From contig CBFFRP010000116.1 of the NCBI GenBank assembly GCA_965644295.1, positions 1-52,574 of the forward strand: a stretch of DNA of 52,574 bases, read 5' to 3'. Below are positions 52,001-52,574 of this stretch, in pieces. Both the position numbers and the translations under genes were made by a program. Source of the stretch: Paraphysomonas bandaiensis. Its lineage: Eukaryota; Protista; Chrysophyceae. The notes below the pieces were generated by a model, which saw only the letters and a list, made by a program, of their open reading frames with translations, had not been told where the DNA came from and searched no databases. Numbering within the stretch: the first letter of the stretch is position 1; every line of letters starts with the position of its first letter.

Positions 52001-52574
52001 CCGCCACAAACAAAGCTGTCAAGGTACGGCAAAGGACAACACAGAACCTCCTTGTCAGTAGACCTAGAAAGAGAACAACAAACAGCGGAGCCCCCGGACC
52101 CCACATAGTCACTAAGAAGAACCAAGGGAGACCACAAACTTGTCAAGCATCAGCCAGCCGATGCCAGCCAGCCCGCAAGGCAAAAAAGGACGTCAATTAC
52201 AGTGACAGTGATCCACAGACGGAACATCCCACTGACCAAAGTACCATCAACACCCCGTCCACCAGACCACTTCCACAACTCCAAACTGCTGATTGGGACA
52301 GGGACTGGCGAAATAAATTCTACATCGCGTACTCCGAAAAAGAAGTCAAAGGTCTATCCCTATATGCGAAGAAAAATTTAGAAGCTGACACCATTATAGC
52401 TGAGTACAAAGGTGACCGCATTCCGACTGTCGAGACGCGCACGCTCACACGCCGCTCAGACTTTATAGTACAAGACAGCACGGGCTCCTTTGCCATTGAC
52501 GGATACAACCATGACCGTCAGCAAGTAACATGTGCAGCGGGGTACATCAATGATCCTCTTGACACAGATATGGC
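46050..52574 (+). mobile_element. Probable 5' part of a large autonomous mobile element (non-LTR retrotransposon, Helitron-like or viral); class undetermined
   Basis: Abrupt shift to GC-richer, C/A-skewed sense strand. No introns over 6.5 kb in an intron-bearing genome. OTU cargo is known from some non-LTR elements, Helitron-like elements and viruses. No RT, endonuclease or Rep motif within the window. Confidence 0.6.
46087..52574 (+). CDS. Giant intronless polyprotein (at least 2162 aa, runs off the window): N-terminal region of unknown function, three OTU-like cysteine-protease repeats, SET domain
   Basis: Manual translation of frame +1: last stop TAG 46069-46071, first ATG 46087 (alternatives 46594, 46804), no stop to 52574. 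OTU-like motifs TPTAGFCGLAAIA..WGHTDTIAFLAETLNIRLRVW..DHF and IPSDGYCAYS..HWLSVREVHMLA..AHY. SET motifs KGLSLYAKKNLEADTIIAEYKGDRI..FAIDG..AGYINDP. Confidence 0.9.
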   Translation, partial: MSLLRPWLCPISGSGLRLFPSLQAGQHFETHHTADKHLVLPCCTCSPLDNVAWQPFPSLTPSVKLSACTTTALSVPIGHFPCRCICTTLRSLRLQPLIAWLVRVGTRKRCTCSFPNTFALHRPRYLVRQDHFLATAQTHSTWTIYGALTKQSSTSHGLPIIPIDYTSHWMTTILSTWYARIQSLYTVYSVSSCTLPVNLVDYTTHYHHRIYHLYVHLLYNHSLEAYLINTYSLQKSPDTMQRGATPSTKRTYTSKFVLPPSHQLMDNDAHVKNALSDFKKSKADVPRLQLPSTRTFLEWSSFEPAMEYRTLVVSNLKMTDDTAFFGIIHYLINELGFPISLPTPQDLATFRAAEDARTCSDLPAPTASRVIRAFALGRPGYEVRPGMGQNVAADSCMLSAPLCFDLHIETGTSVDDKGRQRTESRHVQLSLFQTPREQFVDRSIEEPTLVPVAAIYGMTADSASTRPAHAYRLRNILDMLLRAGGFATLPPYEVFWTLTHYKGKTRATDKTYRYYQILLLHHPVRDQDLRTKFYKALFNNEVGGHVELSLGSLCCRMTSRESPSLKQSNWAPTLSLFHIALKSETLLHPVQVWKACDAIGIPAADIQDIIWSARNPITTNRREKERLMEQTYICLDNNNDKIKLTWELSRPSINTCLKSALGDENLHLLYHTIPIPPDLHSQRFLYALNEAIDTEDHSSHHISPPISFQPFGPTTVPQQRSAATRSSTPKRQRQVDISPPTTPAPTPTCPELCEIALHASSNLVPLTTVHTILSRLENAVTDLYKIDIETTLVVLDYYKHKVGQCLPKRNQEDYERDDSDIFGSDSNRLLLDWDTLEANSTTQIFSLQEAPKWSPPSPHLLNPQHVLTFDMKHTPLDYHLRPPRKPPDKFLRSSSSVHTTRWHHGPEYSSDSSGDGPRKRPASAQYKRNKLRRQSCTRKLQQYRDGTIPCLPPHIQRRQTRSALRMSQFNKLIWKEHLRHKSQKSEAPPHQPDTTRPARDDMTTNQRPSPHDIVPPQSTSLEKSTPQACAVMSSTDHSDSPLCSHEIATSYKPSTSTSTPQDGSGITQQMCSAEPIETPPVFIPHPVPAAFLDSTLQEWTFYSPSGLLAIALQEEMVSSVTQLLQLGHDTPAIHSHVRRSLEEGKMIVARHYAYSEYNNTPTAGFCGLAAIASIHYKSSNDKLYPYLDPDVPDSKDKLLQVIQTSREVLNSYTTEEAKKLNIVAICKELKQLLTTYHRALRRKKPTAIGIPTEKWGHTDTIAFLAETLNIRLRVWQEEPEVLGHNWAYWSTFHSAFIPKTQERPFHEVFCSEDHFFLDTKLPVKLELHTLLDRLPELVCGRILQALPQQSNEAQWHHQNQVGTHPSHNCQGKAYSSDNSGDGPIHHPKNKVPKHAKEIVPPRALLTDYFPVKWRSPAPTSPSLNSGDPPAPDIADSAHTSSSPGPILHAMGQDFMPFHSTVLNNWVEYDDFHTIAVAPQPELVQEIHSQMLTPTRIANWDSFIDKFSRADNYIFMTTFPKCEHTKGSTCSALQIAQQLQTSIKSNVESPHDISKHIRALCLTRGAPLSSTKSLRMRLQQFEHSQRNQPDSELEMDVQDFQIILDLLSIPYRLWEADQPHLVSGWAQLTPFFRHSLTRNLTTEDVTTHDIVQSQHGFHVLATTGTTSIPGIQYRLNTALARTKQRISNLLQHLRTRQEGVRIEDPPDPRHLQIDTISTQAEILDVSLSARVRRHLAQRSPKDHNHLRQLMCAMGRVYCLTLRPSAVRTQQQIPSDGYCAYSTLHYIHVLAAKERQTRSCSKLDLRHHRDRLTLASFLTNLRHTALHALYRDHQDTNSIQTIRNKLVHAQTALGIPNKTTYTTAEDINHWLSVREVHMLAATILPCTTWAQNGNTLSIVGLPTDAHTYNITWKMEELRDAVTDSYPHVILQDAHYFLLDPTGLATALDNALLALESRLATSLLPTDSTIYNNVPATNKAVKVRQRTTQNLLVSRPRKRTTNSGAPGPHIVTKKNQGRPQTCQASASRCQPARKAKKDVNYSDSDPQTEHPTDQSTINTPSTRPLPQLQTADWDRDWRNKFYIAYSEKEVKGLSLYAKKNLEADTIIAEYKGDRIPTVETRTLTRRSDFIVQDSTGSFAIDGYNHDRQQVTCAAGYINDPLDTDM

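Noticed and set aside
50401-52101. SSSPGP (about 50404-50421) and NSGAPGP (52081-52101) as further processing motifs or canonical 2A peptides
   Set aside because: They lack both the DxExNPGP consensus and the YSSDxSGDGP pattern, and PGP is expected by chance in Pro-rich linkers.
46068-52508. The many short ORFs listed in the track across 46-52.5 kb
   Set aside because: They are off-frame or antisense shadows of the single long frame +1 ORF.
46087-52574. Assignment of the giant ORF to a specific TE class (LINE, DIRS, Helitron) or virus
   Set aside because: No RT, endonuclease, integrase, recombinase, Rep/helicase or capsid motif was recognised inside the window.

Overview
Eukaryotic nuclear DNA with short (about 50-80 bp) GT-AG introns and AT-rich intergenic DNA. 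The gene content suggests a flagellated stramenopile-like protist (inference). Positions 0.5-21.5 kb hold two giant head-to-head surface-receptor genes (Pro/Ser/Thr stalk, REJ/polycystin-like ectodomain, EGF-like and GPS-like regions, multi-TM region, Ser-rich tail). Their bodies form a roughly 7.4-kb inverted duplication, but their N-terminal heads are unrelated (a beta-sandwich/lectin-like domain versus NHL+LRR). A 170-bp palindromic MITE-like element lies almost exactly midway between the two start codons. The middle of the window holds a CFAP92-like gene, an atypical membrane-anchored GlmS/GFAT-like gene, STT3, an HMG-box-like ORF, a PLAC8-family gene and a frameshifted DUF2828-family gene, plus two small dispersed repeat families. 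The last 6.5 kb contain an ORF missing from the supplied track because it has no stop in the window: 46087 to beyond 52574, at least 2162 codons, intronless. It encodes three OTU-like cysteine-protease repeats, a SET domain and two copies of a strongly conserved YSSD[S/N]SGDGP peptide. It is most likely the polyprotein of a large mobile element with chromatin-modifying cargo and a candidate new processing signal. All domain calls are motif recognition by eye; no database search was run.
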